DNA from: a virus
Lineage: Duplodnaviria; Heunggongvirae; Uroviricota; Caudoviricetes
Length of the DNA: 39,437 nucleotides
Virus record (IMG/VR): IMGVR_UViG_2687453623_000006
Reading direction: 5' to 3' (one strand)
In this document: in pieces, positions 1 to 8,561 of the stretch
How positions within the stretch are numbered: the first letter of the stretch is position 1
How the letters are laid out: each line of letters begins with the position of its first letter
Position numbers and translations under genes: made by a program
The notes under the pieces: generated by a model
Told to the model about the DNA's origin: nothing
The model's database searches: none
Seen by the model: the letters and a program-made list of their open reading frames with translations, nothing else

Positions 1-342
1 CTACGCGACCTTTTTTGCACGCTCTTCACGGCGTGCCAAATATTCAGCCACTGTTTCAATCCGTCCCAATTCTTCCTGGGTACGCATGTTGTTTTCAACT
101 TCCCAAAGATCAACTGCCGCCTGGAGGTTTAGCCAAAAATCGACTGTGGTATCAAAAACTTTCGCCAGACGGAATGCCATCTCAGTGGTGAGTTTACGAT
201 TGTTATTGATCAGTGCACTGACGCTATTACGATGAACATGCAGCAACTCTGCTAACTCATTGATTTTCAAATCGAGCGGTTCCAGATATTCATAGAGAAG
301 AATATCTCCGGGTGTCGTCGGTTTTCTTGTTGCCTGTTTCAT
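1..342 (-). CDS. higA: HigA-family antitoxin (XRE-type HTH)
   Basis: 113-aa ORF with HTH core PGDILLYEYLEPLDLKINELAELLHVHRNSVSALINNNRKLTTEMAFRLAKVFDTTVDFWLNLQ typical of HigA antidotes; 35 bp downstream of a HigB-like ORF on the same strand. Confidence 0.8.
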   Translation of the reverse strand: MKQATRKPTTPGDILLYEYLEPLDLKINELAELLHVHRNSVSALINNNRKLTTEMAFRLAKVFDTTVDFWLNLQAAVDLWEVENNMRTQEELGRIETVAEYLARREERAKKVA

Positions 343-377
343 AGTTTTACCTTTCTCGTCAATACGACAGCTATGTT

Positions 378-680
378 TTAGTAGTTGTGTGGGTCTAAAA
401 ACAATTCTTCGGCCTTGCCATTAACCCATTTAAAAATCAGTCGGTACTGTTTATTCACTCTAATGGAGGAGTATTCCTGTAATTTCCCGGATAACTCTTC
501 GTATCGGTTCCCCGGAGGGGAGCGTAAATCCCGATGAGAAGTGGCAGCATTAATGATGTCCAACTTTCGTGATAACGTGGTATGGATTTCAGCAGGGATC
601 TTTCGATGTGGCGTTGAATGGACAAAAAAATCAGCCAACCAGGCATCACGAAAACTCCTTATATTTTTCTTTTGAGCCAT
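378..680 (-). CDS. higB: HigB-family toxin (RelE/ParE superfamily mRNA interferase)
   Basis: 100-aa ORF; IRSF near N-terminus, SPPGNRYEELSGK and WRxxF-like RLIFKW segment and C-terminal HNY match the HigB killer-protein pattern; toxin-first operon order with higA. Confidence 0.75.
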   Translation of the reverse strand: MAQKKNIRSFRDAWLADFFVHSTPHRKIPAEIHTTLSRKLDIINAATSHRDLRSPPGNRYEELSGKLQEYSSIRVNKQYRLIFKWVNGKAEELFLDPHNY

Positions 681-1069
681 TCCTCTCTCATCTCCTTGTC
701 CATTATTTAATCATTGTAATGCACACAAGCACTGTGCACAAGTGCAACAATCAACTCCATTTGCGCCATCCCTCCCCGCGCGCTAGCATGATATTTCACA
801 AAGGGAGGTCGTATGGATCTGTTGTACCGGGTAAAAACGCTTTGGGCCGCGCTGCGCGGTAATCATTACACCTTGATCAGACATGAGATAAATGAAGGGG
901 GATCCGTGAGATAAATAACGAATTGGAGTGGGTTAACATGGGTTCTGGTGAACAGAACTGAAATTCTTTTCCGCTATACGATAGATAAGTCGGGCATTGA
1001 AATCATCCTTCCTGGCAACTTAGAATCGAGTTTGCTGAAACATGACCCGTAACAAAAAGGATGATTCCA

Positions 1070-1231
1070 ATGACTACTCAAAACAATAAGCATGACAGCC
1101 TGGATTACTCAGAAAAGCCCAAAAGCAAGCACATTGTGACGTTCGAGCGCGATTCCGGTAGAAAAGGAGAATCGTCTTCCTCTGCCAATAAAACCACTAT
1201 GCCGGCAGCTCCTGCTCCAGGGAAAAAATAA
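1070..1231 (+). CDS. hypothetical small hydrophilic protein (53 aa), doubtful
   Basis: ATG at 1070 preceded by AAGGA about 9 nt upstream; below the ORF-track cutoff; stop abuts the stop of a convergent minus-strand gene. Confidence 0.2.
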   Translation: MTTQNNKHDSLDYSEKPKSKHIVTFERDSGRKGESSSSANKTTMPAAPAPGKK

Positions 1232-1234
1232 ACA

Positions 1235-1867
1235 TCATTCATCGTTCGTTGCACGAACGCGCCTGATCTCCACTCTGGCAATCTGATCTGCTGGAATATA
1301 GGTTGCCAGAGCTCCCCAGTACTTATCAACCACGCCTTTATACTCTTCCCATTCGTTACTTCCTGAAGGGCTGCTGTGCGTGACGTAAAGAACCATATCG
1401 CCTTTATTTCCCAGGGTAAACGGACCGTTAGGCCACTCTTCAAAGTTCCCTGGCAGCCGTGACATCATACCGGAACCATCGCGAAGAATCACTCTGACCT
1501 CGGTGACGCTGAAGCCTGTTTGATCAAACATTGCCTGCCATGCTGAGCTGGTATTGTCAGACCATGAAATATCATTATTCCACAGTAATCTGTACATCCA
1601 TTTGCGACCGTACCTGCGCCACCACGCACCGCATGTAACGGCACACAGAAGTGCTGGGGGGGTTGCCAGCCAGGCATTCAGACCTGCCCACATAACAGCC
1701 TGGTAAGCCATCATTGCTGTCAGGCCAAAAATCAGCGAAGAAAAAGTCACCTCAATGGGTTTGTGGTGATCCTTCAGCCCCACATTCGCAATAAAATACC
1801 CAATATAGCCACTGGTCAGGGTCACCAGTGTTGCCCATGGCAGATTTAATAACGAAACGTCAAACAT
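1235..1867 (-). CDS. membrane protein of unknown function (N-terminal transmembrane segments plus soluble C-terminal domain); prophage cargo candidate
   Basis: Long minus ORF (1235..1945); preferred start is the internal ATG at 1867 (MFDVSLL...) with GGGAGAA RBS; hydrophobic stretches LVTLTSGYIGYFIANVGL, FSSLIFGLTAMMAYQAVMWAGL, PALLCAVTCGAWW; same strand and just downstream of mor. Confidence 0.6.
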   Translation of the reverse strand: MFDVSLLNLPWATLVTLTSGYIGYFIANVGLKDHHKPIEVTFSSLIFGLTAMMAYQAVMWAGLNAWLATPPALLCAVTCGAWWRRYGRKWMYRLLWNNDISWSDNTSSAWQAMFDQTGFSVTEVRVILRDGSGMMSRLPGNFEEWPNGPFTLGNKGDMVLYVTHSSPSGSNEWEEYKGVVDKYWGALATYIPADQIARVEIRRVRATNDE

Positions 1868-1981
1868 ATTTTCTCCCTGCATCCTGAATATTACATAGAG
1901 AGCATAAAAAAAGCACGGTAAAGGGTCTACCGTGCTCTTATACAATAAGGAGATTTTTGAAAGGACTTTAACAAGCAGGAA

Positions 1982-2380
1982 TTATCTGGATTTGTTAACG
2001 TCTTTCGTCTCCTCTGGCAGATCTTCATCAAACAACCTGCCCTGCATCCGATCCAGTTCTTCTTTTCTGACCCGCTTAACCACGCTGTAGACCCACTGAA
2101 GCGAAACACCAAACTTGCGGGCCAGTTCGTGGTGGTTGCGTCCGTTAAACTCCCTGAAGATTTCCCGGTCGCGCTGACTGACCTTCCATACCATGCCCAT
2201 CGGGAAATAAACGTTTTGCCCGCCCCAGACCTGCATCATTCGGTTCGCGACGGCCTGACCAATCTGGTCGGCAATTGCGGGCTCAATATCAATAATCTCG
2301 CGAACGGTCTCAGAGGTATGCTGTGCCAGCTCCACCAGGAGTTCCGGCCCTTTACTTCGAAACTGATTCAGGTCGCTCAT
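1982..2380 (-). CDS. mor: Mor/C-family transcriptional activator
   Basis: 132-aa ORF with C-terminal HTH (HHELARKFGVSLQWVYSVVKRVRKEE) and size typical of Mu Mor; last recognisable early gene. Confidence 0.75.
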   Translation of the reverse strand: MSDLNQFRSKGPELLVELAQHTSETVREIIDIEPAIADQIGQAVANRMMQVWGGQNVYFPMGMVWKVSQRDREIFREFNGRNHHELARKFGVSLQWVYSVVKRVRKEELDRMQGRLFDEDLPEETKDVNKSR

Positions 2381-2804
2381 GTTTGACTCCCGCAGCTCTG
2401 CGCTGCCACTTCTTCAGTTTCTCAATAACACTGCTTGCCTGTTCAGTACTGAGCCAGCGCAGGGCGCTGATGCCCGTTTCCCGCTTGATCCACCGCGCTA
2501 ATGCATTTTCTGAACGGTCACGAACAATGCCGGCAGCAGCCATTTCAAGCCATAGCGCACGGATTTTCCTGGACTGCGGATGGTTATCCAGCGGTAAACC
2601 GGAGCTGGCTTTTCCGGCAGGCTTAACGCGAAAGCCTTTCCTTTTCATGGATTCCAGCACGCAGTTTAGTTGTGTGGTATCCATTCCTTTGGTTGAGGCT
2701 TTACCGGTCAGCCCCTGTAACATCTGGCGGTAGGTGTCTTCATCCATACCCAGTTCATTACGGGCAATATGAATGAGCTGGATAAGACGTTGTTTAGTCA
2801 TCAT
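2352..2804 (-). CDS. gemA: GemA-like protein (Mu gp16 family)
   Basis: ORF 2352..2843; preferred start ATGATG at 2804 with AAGGAG RBS; N-terminal MTKQRLIQLIHIARNELGMDEDTYRQML resembles GemA; lies immediately upstream of mor as in Mu. Confidence 0.6.
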   Translation of the reverse strand: MMTKQRLIQLIHIARNELGMDEDTYRQMLQGLTGKASTKGMDTTQLNCVLESMKRKGFRVKPAGKASSGLPLDNHPQSRKIRALWLEMAAAGIVRDRSENALARWIKRETGISALRWLSTEQASSVIEKLKKWQRRAAGVKHERPESVSK

Positions 2805-3009
2805 CGTTGCTCCTTTTACCTGCGCCACCGATATAATCGACATATAAAGGAAGCGCCACAGGCCAGCACAGGAACATCACCGACCAGCTAATCCAGTAGC
2901 CAGCACCACTGTAACGTGAATAAAACCCTGAACGGCGGTGCAGTTCAGCAGTACACCAACCGACAAAACAATACCAGAACAGGGCACATACAACAGATTC
3001 AGCCGTCAT
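2794..3009 (-). CDS. small hydrophobic protein (about 71 aa), hypothetical
   Basis: Internal start of ORF 2794..3165 (MTAESVVCALFWYCFVGW...) gives a tightly packed small gene with two hydrophobic segments. Confidence 0.3.
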   Translation of the reverse strand: MTAESVVCALFWYCFVGWCTAELHRRSGFYSRYSGAGYWISWSVMFLCWPVALPLYVDYIGGAGKRSNDDD

Positions 3010-3229
3010 TCTGAATATCCCCCCAACTGATATGAATATTACGGGCAGCAATGACAGGGTCGTTATTCCACCATGCACCTGACATGTATTTTTCAACCTG
3101 TTCGCGTCCGGCAATAACACCAATTGTGATCCCCGGCCTGACGTTCTTAAAAAAGGCGCGGGCAAAAAGGTATCTGGCAGATATTCGGCAGGCTTTTAAT
3201 TTCCGGCTTTTACCTGATAGCGTAATCAT
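2999..3229 (-). CDS. hypothetical protein (76 aa)
   Basis: ORF packed between the DUF2786-like gene and the small membrane ORF in the early operon; no recognisable motif. Confidence 0.3.
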   Translation of the reverse strand: MITLSGKSRKLKACRISARYLFARAFFKNVRPGITIGVIAGREQVEKYMSGAWWNNDPVIAARNIHISWGDIQNDG

Positions 3230-3909
3230 CTGGCCTCCAGTTTCTGTTGTTCCTGCCCACTGACCGGGCGGTGCAGTCTGACGTTCTGCCCTTCAAGAAA
3301 CCCCGCATAGCGCGAGGCGTCGCCATTGCGGCTTCTTCCCGGTTTACGCGCCCTGGTGGTTTGCGTCTGCGGGTATTTATGTTCCAGCCACTGCTGCATC
3401 AGTTCACGTTCGTCATCGGTCAGGGCGAAGGACTGTATTTCACTGATAACGGCCAGCACCCAGCCTTCAGCAAACTGGTCACCACGGCTGGTACGGGTGG
3501 CAGTTTTTATTCTTTTGTTCTGTGCGCTGATATATTGCTGACGCGCCTTTTTCAGCTGGCGGGCCAGCACTTCCCAGGTGTACGCAGCCAGTGCAGCCCG
3601 TTCCCGGTTGCCGTAGAACCCCACACCCGGATATGTGCCGGGGTGAATGATGGAGTTAACACCAAATGCCTCGCGGATGATGTTCATCAGGCCCAGCATG
3701 TAGCGCGGTGGACGGAGGCTGCCTGTCGGCCAGTAGTGACTGATGGTTTCATCAATATCACTCATGGCGATGTCGGAATGTGTGATGCCGTGAACATCCA
3801 TCAGTTTACGGGCACGGCGCAGTGCCAGAGCGGCCTCGTGAGGGTTGCCGGATGCGGCCAGCGCCAGCAACTTTTTCAGTTTCTCAATGTGTTTATCCTG
3901 GTCTGTCAT
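3226..3909 (-). CDS. DUF2786-like phage protein
   Basis: 227 aa; N-terminal IEKLKKLLALAASGNPHEAALALRRARKLM is the characteristic DUF2786 motif; start overlaps the upstream stop. Confidence 0.55.
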   Translation of the reverse strand: MTDQDKHIEKLKKLLALAASGNPHEAALALRRARKLMDVHGITHSDIAMSDIDETISHYWPTGSLRPPRYMLGLMNIIREAFGVNSIIHPGTYPGVGFYGNRERAALAAYTWEVLARQLKKARQQYISAQNKRIKTATRTSRGDQFAEGWVLAVISEIQSFALTDDERELMQQWLEHKYPQTQTTRARKPGRSRNGDASRYAGFLEGQNVRLHRPVSGQEQQKLEAR

Positions 3910-4211
3910 TGTTCAGTATCTCCGGTGTACATGACGCCCAGCCGTGCGGCAAGGCGTTCCAGTTTTTTCTGTTTGTGGAAGTCAATCAGCCGGTCCATTC
4001 CCTGAAGGCGCAGCTGCTCTGTCATGATTTCCACGTCTGCCAGCTCTGCCGCGAGGTCACTTTCGCTGCCCTGTCCGTTCAGGTTGCGGGCGGCACTGGC
4101 CGCCAGTTCAGCGGCCTCTTCTGTCAGTTTCAGGGCCTGTGCGTCCGGCCCGAAACGCTGCAGGGCCAGACGGTAGAGGGCGGTGCGGGTGAGTTCGGTG
4201 TTCCGTGTCAT
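3906..4211 (-). CDS. hypothetical protein, possible MazG-like all-alpha NTP pyrophosphohydrolase domain
   Basis: 101 aa; acidic helical motifs LTEEAAELAASAARNL and SDLAAELADVEIMTEQL resemble the EExxE/ExxD metal-binding helices of MazG/HisE-type domains; weak. Confidence 0.4.
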   Translation of the reverse strand: MTRNTELTRTALYRLALQRFGPDAQALKLTEEAAELAASAARNLNGQGSESDLAAELADVEIMTEQLRLQGMDRLIDFHKQKKLERLAARLGVMYTGDTEQ

Positions 4212-4220
4212 GCCGCGCCC

Positions 4221-4493
4221 TCAGTGTTTCCGGTCGACGGTGATGTGCAGGCCGCCTTCTGCAGTGGTTTCCATCCGGTACGGCACCTCATGCTCTGCCG
4301 TGTGGGTGAGTGTGTTCATCAGTACCTGCAGGGCAGCCTCCTTTCCGTTGGTCGCCACAATGGCCTGTGTGGCCATGCTGATTAGCGCCGTCAGGACGTG
4401 CTTCACATCGGTGAGGTCGCGGCATTCACACTCGTTGACATAGTGTTCAACAAGGGTTCGGGTGCGCTGTCGTGCTTCCTGTGGGGTAATCAT
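4221..4493 (-). CDS. hypothetical early protein (90 aa)
   Basis: ORF in the co-directional early gene string; start overlaps the upstream stop (ATGA-type coupling). Confidence 0.4.
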   Translation of the reverse strand: MITPQEARQRTRTLVEHYVNECECRDLTDVKHVLTALISMATQAIVATNGKEAALQVLMNTLTHTAEHEVPYRMETTAEGGLHITVDRKH

Positions 4494-4684
4494 TGCGCGT
4501 CCTCCCTGTCAGGGCGGGAGAATTCCATGACGGGCACGTCCGCCGAAAAATGCTGGCTGCAGTACGGGCAGACCAGGGTGACACGTACTGCAGGTATGTG
4601 ATACTTACCGGACATCACGGCGATGGCGCTGTGAAAACGCAGGGCTGTTATATCCCTCTCGCACTGAATACATTTAAATATCAT
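4490..4684 (-). CDS. small zinc-ribbon-like protein (64 aa)
   Basis: Two Cys pairs, CIQC and CPYC, spaced about 33 residues apart; GAGGAG upstream of the start. Confidence 0.4.
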   Translation of the reverse strand: MIFKCIQCERDITALRFHSAIAVMSGKYHIPAVRVTLVCPYCSQHFSADVPVMEFSRPDREDAQ

Positions 4685-4781
4685 AATTTAATTCTCCTCT
4701 GTTTCCGGCGTGCAGAAGCCCACGGCGCTGACGCCGGAATAAAAAAGAAAATGTTTTTATTAAATAATTAACGTGGTGTGT

Positions 4782-5312
4782 TTACTGCACATCCTGCTCA
4801 AAAGGAATTATTGAAAAATCCTCAATGTCGCTTTTAATGGAAATACCGGGAATATTTTTCACGGCCTCTTTTTCATTCAGAATGGCATCTTTATTTATTT
4901 CCTCCTTTACACGAATAAAGCGCTCAAGCCCCAGACGTCTCAGCAGTTCAATGACATTATCCGCCCCGCGAATGCTGACTGACGGCGGACGGTTTCGCCA
5001 CTGCACCTCGCCGGTGGTGAGGTTAGCGAACTTCACCTTCCCGTTGCCGGTCAGTTCATCACGGTGCGCCTCACACCATGTCTGGATACCGGACTGCAGT
5101 TCGGCCATGCGTTTTTTCAGGCTCTCGGTGAGCGGGGCATAACGTGCAGTGATGTCGCCAATGGTGTCATTCATTTCTGTTTCAGCCCTGACCAGTTCAC
5201 GTTGCGCGTCACCAAGCAGTCTGATTCCCTCAATGACCTCTTCGCGTGTCCCCGGCACCCAGAGTGCTGCTGCGGCTTTGATACGTTTTGCCCCTTTTGT
5301 ACTTTTTGCCAT
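4782..5312 (-). CDS. gam: Gam-like host-nuclease inhibitor (Mu Gam / Ku-like DNA-end binding)
   Basis: 176 aa; MAKSTKGAKRIKAAAA..., ETEMNDTI, WCEAHRDELT, RPPSVSIRG and C-terminal IEDFSIIPFEQ closely match Mu Gam. Confidence 0.8.
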   Translation of the reverse strand: MAKSTKGAKRIKAAAALWVPGTREEVIEGIRLLGDAQRELVRAETEMNDTIGDITARYAPLTESLKKRMAELQSGIQTWCEAHRDELTGNGKVKFANLTTGEVQWRNRPPSVSIRGADNVIELLRRLGLERFIRVKEEINKDAILNEKEAVKNIPGISIKSDIEDFSIIPFEQDVQ

Positions 5313-5339
5313 ATTTTATGACTCCTCCTGTTGTGCTGA

Positions 5340-5609
5340 TTACCACAAAGATTCCGGCCACACGACGCGACAGCCGTGCAGTTCGAAAACGCCCTGACGG
5401 AAATATCCCCTGTGGTCATGTCCGGTATACAGATAACAGGCCTTTCCCTGCTCAAGCATGCGCATGCAATGCGCACTCCGGGAAACGCGGATGACAGGTT
5501 TGTTACCCCTGATGGTGATGCTTTGTACATCCGTGTTCGTCGCCTTAAGCGCCATAATGGCTGACTGCACTTTGCTGATTTGCTGGTTGATACCTGTGGT
5601 GGATTTCAT
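5340..5609 (-). CDS. hypothetical early protein (89 aa) in the position of Mu kil
   Basis: ORF immediately downstream of the B gene on the same strand; no recognisable motif. Confidence 0.35.
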   Translation of the reverse strand: MKSTTGINQQISKVQSAIMALKATNTDVQSITIRGNKPVIRVSRSAHCMRMLEQGKACYLYTGHDHRGYFRQGVFELHGCRVVWPESLW

Positions 5610-5611
5610 TA

Positions 5612-6778
5612 TTAAACCCCTTTGACAACGTCAGCGTTGACCTGTGGAACCCCGATTTCAGCGGCCAGATTCATGGCGGCTATCACCAGGTTACTGACGG
5701 CCAGCGGATACAGCAGGCTGACCATATTTTTACGATGACTTCCCGGATTGCTCAGGCGGGCACGTATGGCATCCACTGCGCTGGCGTCCATAATGTCCGT
5801 CAGTTGTTTACCGGCCCGTTGCAGTTTGAACGTCAGAAATTCTTCAAGGTTATTGTCCAGAGGCAGAAGTTCGACCACCTCACAACGCTGAACGACTTCA
5901 CGGACTTCCATATTGCGTTCAGACAGTTTTGTCGCCAGTTCCGGCTGGCCAATCAGCACGATGGACAGCAGTTTTTTGAAACCGGACTCCAGCTCAAAAA
6001 AGCGTTTGAGGTGTTTCAGTGTCGGAATGGGCAGACTGTGGGCCTCCTCAATCACCAAAACGTGGCTGAACCCCGCCTGGCTGCTGTCTTTCAGGACGCG
6101 ATGCAACTGGCGAAAGCGGGCGTCCTGACTGCGTCTGATGCTTTCCAGTGGTGCGATGGTACTGATAATGGCTTCGGCAATCGCTGCTGCCTTCAGGGTT
6201 TTCCCTTTCACATCGTTGTCTTCCATAGCGATGATGTATGGCTCGATAACAATTACCGGCGCATTCTCGCGGTTGATACGTTCAGTCAGGTCGCGGCGCA
6301 GCGTGGATTTACCCGCACCGGACTCACCGATGACGGCCATAAACCCACCATGACGGGCTGTCTGGTACAACGCCTCACGCACGTAGCGAATGTCCGGGGT
6401 GGTGAACACATCATCAGAACCCTGCATGGCTTCATCGGCGAACGGGTCACGGAAAAGACCAAACGCTTTTTTGGTTGCTGGAAATAACACCTGTTTTTTG
6501 AGTAACATATTCTCTTCCTCACTGAGGCTCGTTTTATCTGTGGTACCCGCTGTACGGGGCGTGGCTGCGCCCTGTACAGCATCAAAACTCTTCGTTGTAT
6601 CAATCCCCTGAGTTTCCAGCCAGGACGCAAGACGCCGGCGCACTTCTCCGGGGCTGGTGCGGGGCCACGCGTTATGATTCACAATCTGGGCCAGCGTGGC
6701 CTCAGAAACATCGACAGCTCTCGCCACCACCGCCTGTGGGATACGGGCCTCTTTCAGTTGCTGCTTCAGTACCAGCAT
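5612..6778 (-). CDS. transposition ATPase B (AAA+ / TniB-like)
   Basis: Walker A GESGAGKST, Walker B-like HVLVIEEAH; preferred ATG at 6778 with GAGGAGG RBS 11 bp after transposase stop (the track ORF extends to a GTG at 6817). Confidence 0.75.
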   Translation of the reverse strand: MLVLKQQLKEARIPQAVVARAVDVSEATLAQIVNHNAWPRTSPGEVRRRLASWLETQGIDTTKSFDAVQGAATPRTAGTTDKTSLSEEENMLLKKQVLFPATKKAFGLFRDPFADEAMQGSDDVFTTPDIRYVREALYQTARHGGFMAVIGESGAGKSTLRRDLTERINRENAPVIVIEPYIIAMEDNDVKGKTLKAAAIAEAIISTIAPLESIRRSQDARFRQLHRVLKDSSQAGFSHVLVIEEAHSLPIPTLKHLKRFFELESGFKKLLSIVLIGQPELATKLSERNMEVREVVQRCEVVELLPLDNNLEEFLTFKLQRAGKQLTDIMDASAVDAIRARLSNPGSHRKNMVSLLYPLAVSNLVIAAMNLAAEIGVPQVNADVVKGV

Positions 6779-6788
6779 GTTTTCCTCC

Positions 6789-8558
6789 TCAGTTGCCGTT
6801 AACAATGCTGATAACACTGCTGCGTGCCGGCGTGGTCAGCGTGGCCATGACTTCATCCAGTGCAGCTTCCGGTACGCCGTCCGGGTACTGTGCCGTTAAC
6901 TGGCGGTAATGTTCCGGCGTCCAGGTAAGGCCGTCGGCGCTGAACTTATCGCGCAGGGCTTTCGCGGCCTCCACATGAGTCATGGGACGTTGTTCAGTGC
7001 GCGGCCCGCGTACGTCAGAGGCCTGACCACGCTTCGGCATATAGGCCGGAAGTGTGGTGTCGTCGATATGTTTATACGGGTCAAGCCGCCCGCCGAACGG
7101 CAGCGCCTTCGCCTTGCGTGCGGCAGCTGCATCTGCGGCGTTGTCTGTACCGGTGACCAGCGCTTCGGTTTCTTTTGCCGCCATCTGCGCCGGGGTTTCC
7201 GGCAGGGCTTTGTAACTTTCGCCAAATACCGCCGCGCCTTCAGCAAAGCCAAACTCGTTCTTTCTGACCTCTTCGACCAGGAAGAACGTCTCGTGGCCGT
7301 CCTCACCGGTCAGAACCACCTGTGCCACATCGCTGCGCCACGGGTTACGGGTAATCATCAGTTTTTCACCAACCAGTACGCCCGGTACCGTTGATACGTC
7401 AAATTCAGTGCCCCGGAACGAGACACGAAGTTTTGGCGTGACTTTGCGGAGTTCTGGTGCCGCCACAGCCAGTTCACGACATACCTCAACGGAAGGCGCT
7501 TTTTTCAGCTGCTCAGCAGTAATCTTCAGCCAGATATCCGTGCGGGTTTTACCGTGGCGGCTGTGAACAGCCGTGGCGTTAAAGTGGCTGCGCCATTTCG
7601 CGGCCAGCGCGTTGAGTTCTTCCAGACTGTGAACCGGCCGGAACTTCAGACCCGGCTCCAGCTTGCGTTCGATAATGTCCCGCGCCTTTTCCACCTGTCC
7701 GGTGGCGCGGGCGTTATGCGGCTTGTGCGCTATCAGGTCGATGCCCAGTGAGCGGCACATGTTTTTCGTCATACCCGCGGTGTTTGCCGAGCCGGGGTCG
7801 AGATAGAGTATTTTCGGCACACCGTGCAGCACGTCTGCGCCGCCACGCTCCTGCATGGCGTTGATAAGCACAGAACACAGGTTCTCACCTGATTCCGCGC
7901 CCGTCACATACTCAACGTAAATCCAGCCGCTGGCATGGTCGGTAATCTCGTAACTCCACACGCGGTCACTGGCGATACGGGCAAGGTTAGCGGGCTTGTT
8001 CTTGTAGAACTTCGCGCTGTCCATCACCTGCAGCCCTTTATGTCCATTGCTCAGGTAGTAAAGCGTGCAGAGTGAGGCGTCAATCTGCCAGACATGATTG
8101 GGATGCAGACTGGCCACTTCGGTATGCGGCGCAGGGGCATCCAGTTGTTCCGGGTGCAGGCCATAGTTACGCAGGGCTCGGCTGATGGCATCTTCGGACA
8201 ACGGGAAAAACTCACCGGTGGTTTCATCTGTTCTGCCTGCGGATATAAAGCCGTTAGCCCGCAGGGTTTCCACTGCATCCGCGATGGAATAGAGACGCTT
8301 ACCGTTCTTGCGGGTGGCCTCACGCAGTGTGGCAGATATCAGCGCGGCTTCGTCGCGGGTCAGGGCGCTGCGCCCGGCATCGGCGCGTTTTTTGCGTTTA
8401 TCAGTCACAGATACCTCCTTCAGCCTGCGCAGCAGAGTGGCGCGGGACATGCCAAGTTCAGCACAGGCAGCGTCGTATACTGCGCCGCGTTTACCATGCC
8501 CCGCGTCACGTGCCGCGCGGGCGACATAAACCAGTCGTTCAGTCAGGGCAGCATTCAT
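6789..8558 (-). CDS. DDE transposase (Mu A functional equivalent, integrase-core type)
   Basis: 589 aa; N-terminal DNA-binding region followed by catalytic-core-like segments HVWQIDAS and ILYLDPGSANT; immediately upstream of the AAA+ B gene. Confidence 0.8.
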   Translation of the reverse strand: MNAALTERLVYVARAARDAGHGKRGAVYDAACAELGMSRATLLRRLKEVSVTDKRKKRADAGRSALTRDEAALISATLREATRKNGKRLYSIADAVETLRANGFISAGRTDETTGEFFPLSEDAISRALRNYGLHPEQLDAPAPHTEVASLHPNHVWQIDASLCTLYYLSNGHKGLQVMDSAKFYKNKPANLARIASDRVWSYEITDHASGWIYVEYVTGAESGENLCSVLINAMQERGGADVLHGVPKILYLDPGSANTAGMTKNMCRSLGIDLIAHKPHNARATGQVEKARDIIERKLEPGLKFRPVHSLEELNALAAKWRSHFNATAVHSRHGKTRTDIWLKITAEQLKKAPSVEVCRELAVAAPELRKVTPKLRVSFRGTEFDVSTVPGVLVGEKLMITRNPWRSDVAQVVLTGEDGHETFFLVEEVRKNEFGFAEGAAVFGESYKALPETPAQMAAKETEALVTGTDNAADAAAARKAKALPFGGRLDPYKHIDDTTLPAYMPKRGQASDVRGPRTEQRPMTHVEAAKALRDKFSADGLTWTPEHYRQLTAQYPDGVPEAALDEVMATLTTPARSSVISIVNGN

Positions 8559-8561
8559 TGG

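Noticed and set aside
569-862. 97-aa plus-strand ORF overlapping the higB start
   Set aside because: Overlaps the 5' end of the well-supported higB gene in antisense and extends into low-complexity sequence; no RBS.
3247-4005. 252-aa plus-strand ORF antisense to the DUF2786-like and adjacent early genes
   Set aside because: Overlaps two co-directional, translationally coupled minus-strand genes, one with a recognisable DUF2786 motif; no start signals.
5735-6487. 250-aa plus-strand ORF antisense to the transposition ATPase B gene
   Set aside because: Lies wholly inside a well-supported minus-strand gene with Walker motifs; has no RBS or recognisable motif; long antisense ORFs are expected in this GC-rich coding DNA.
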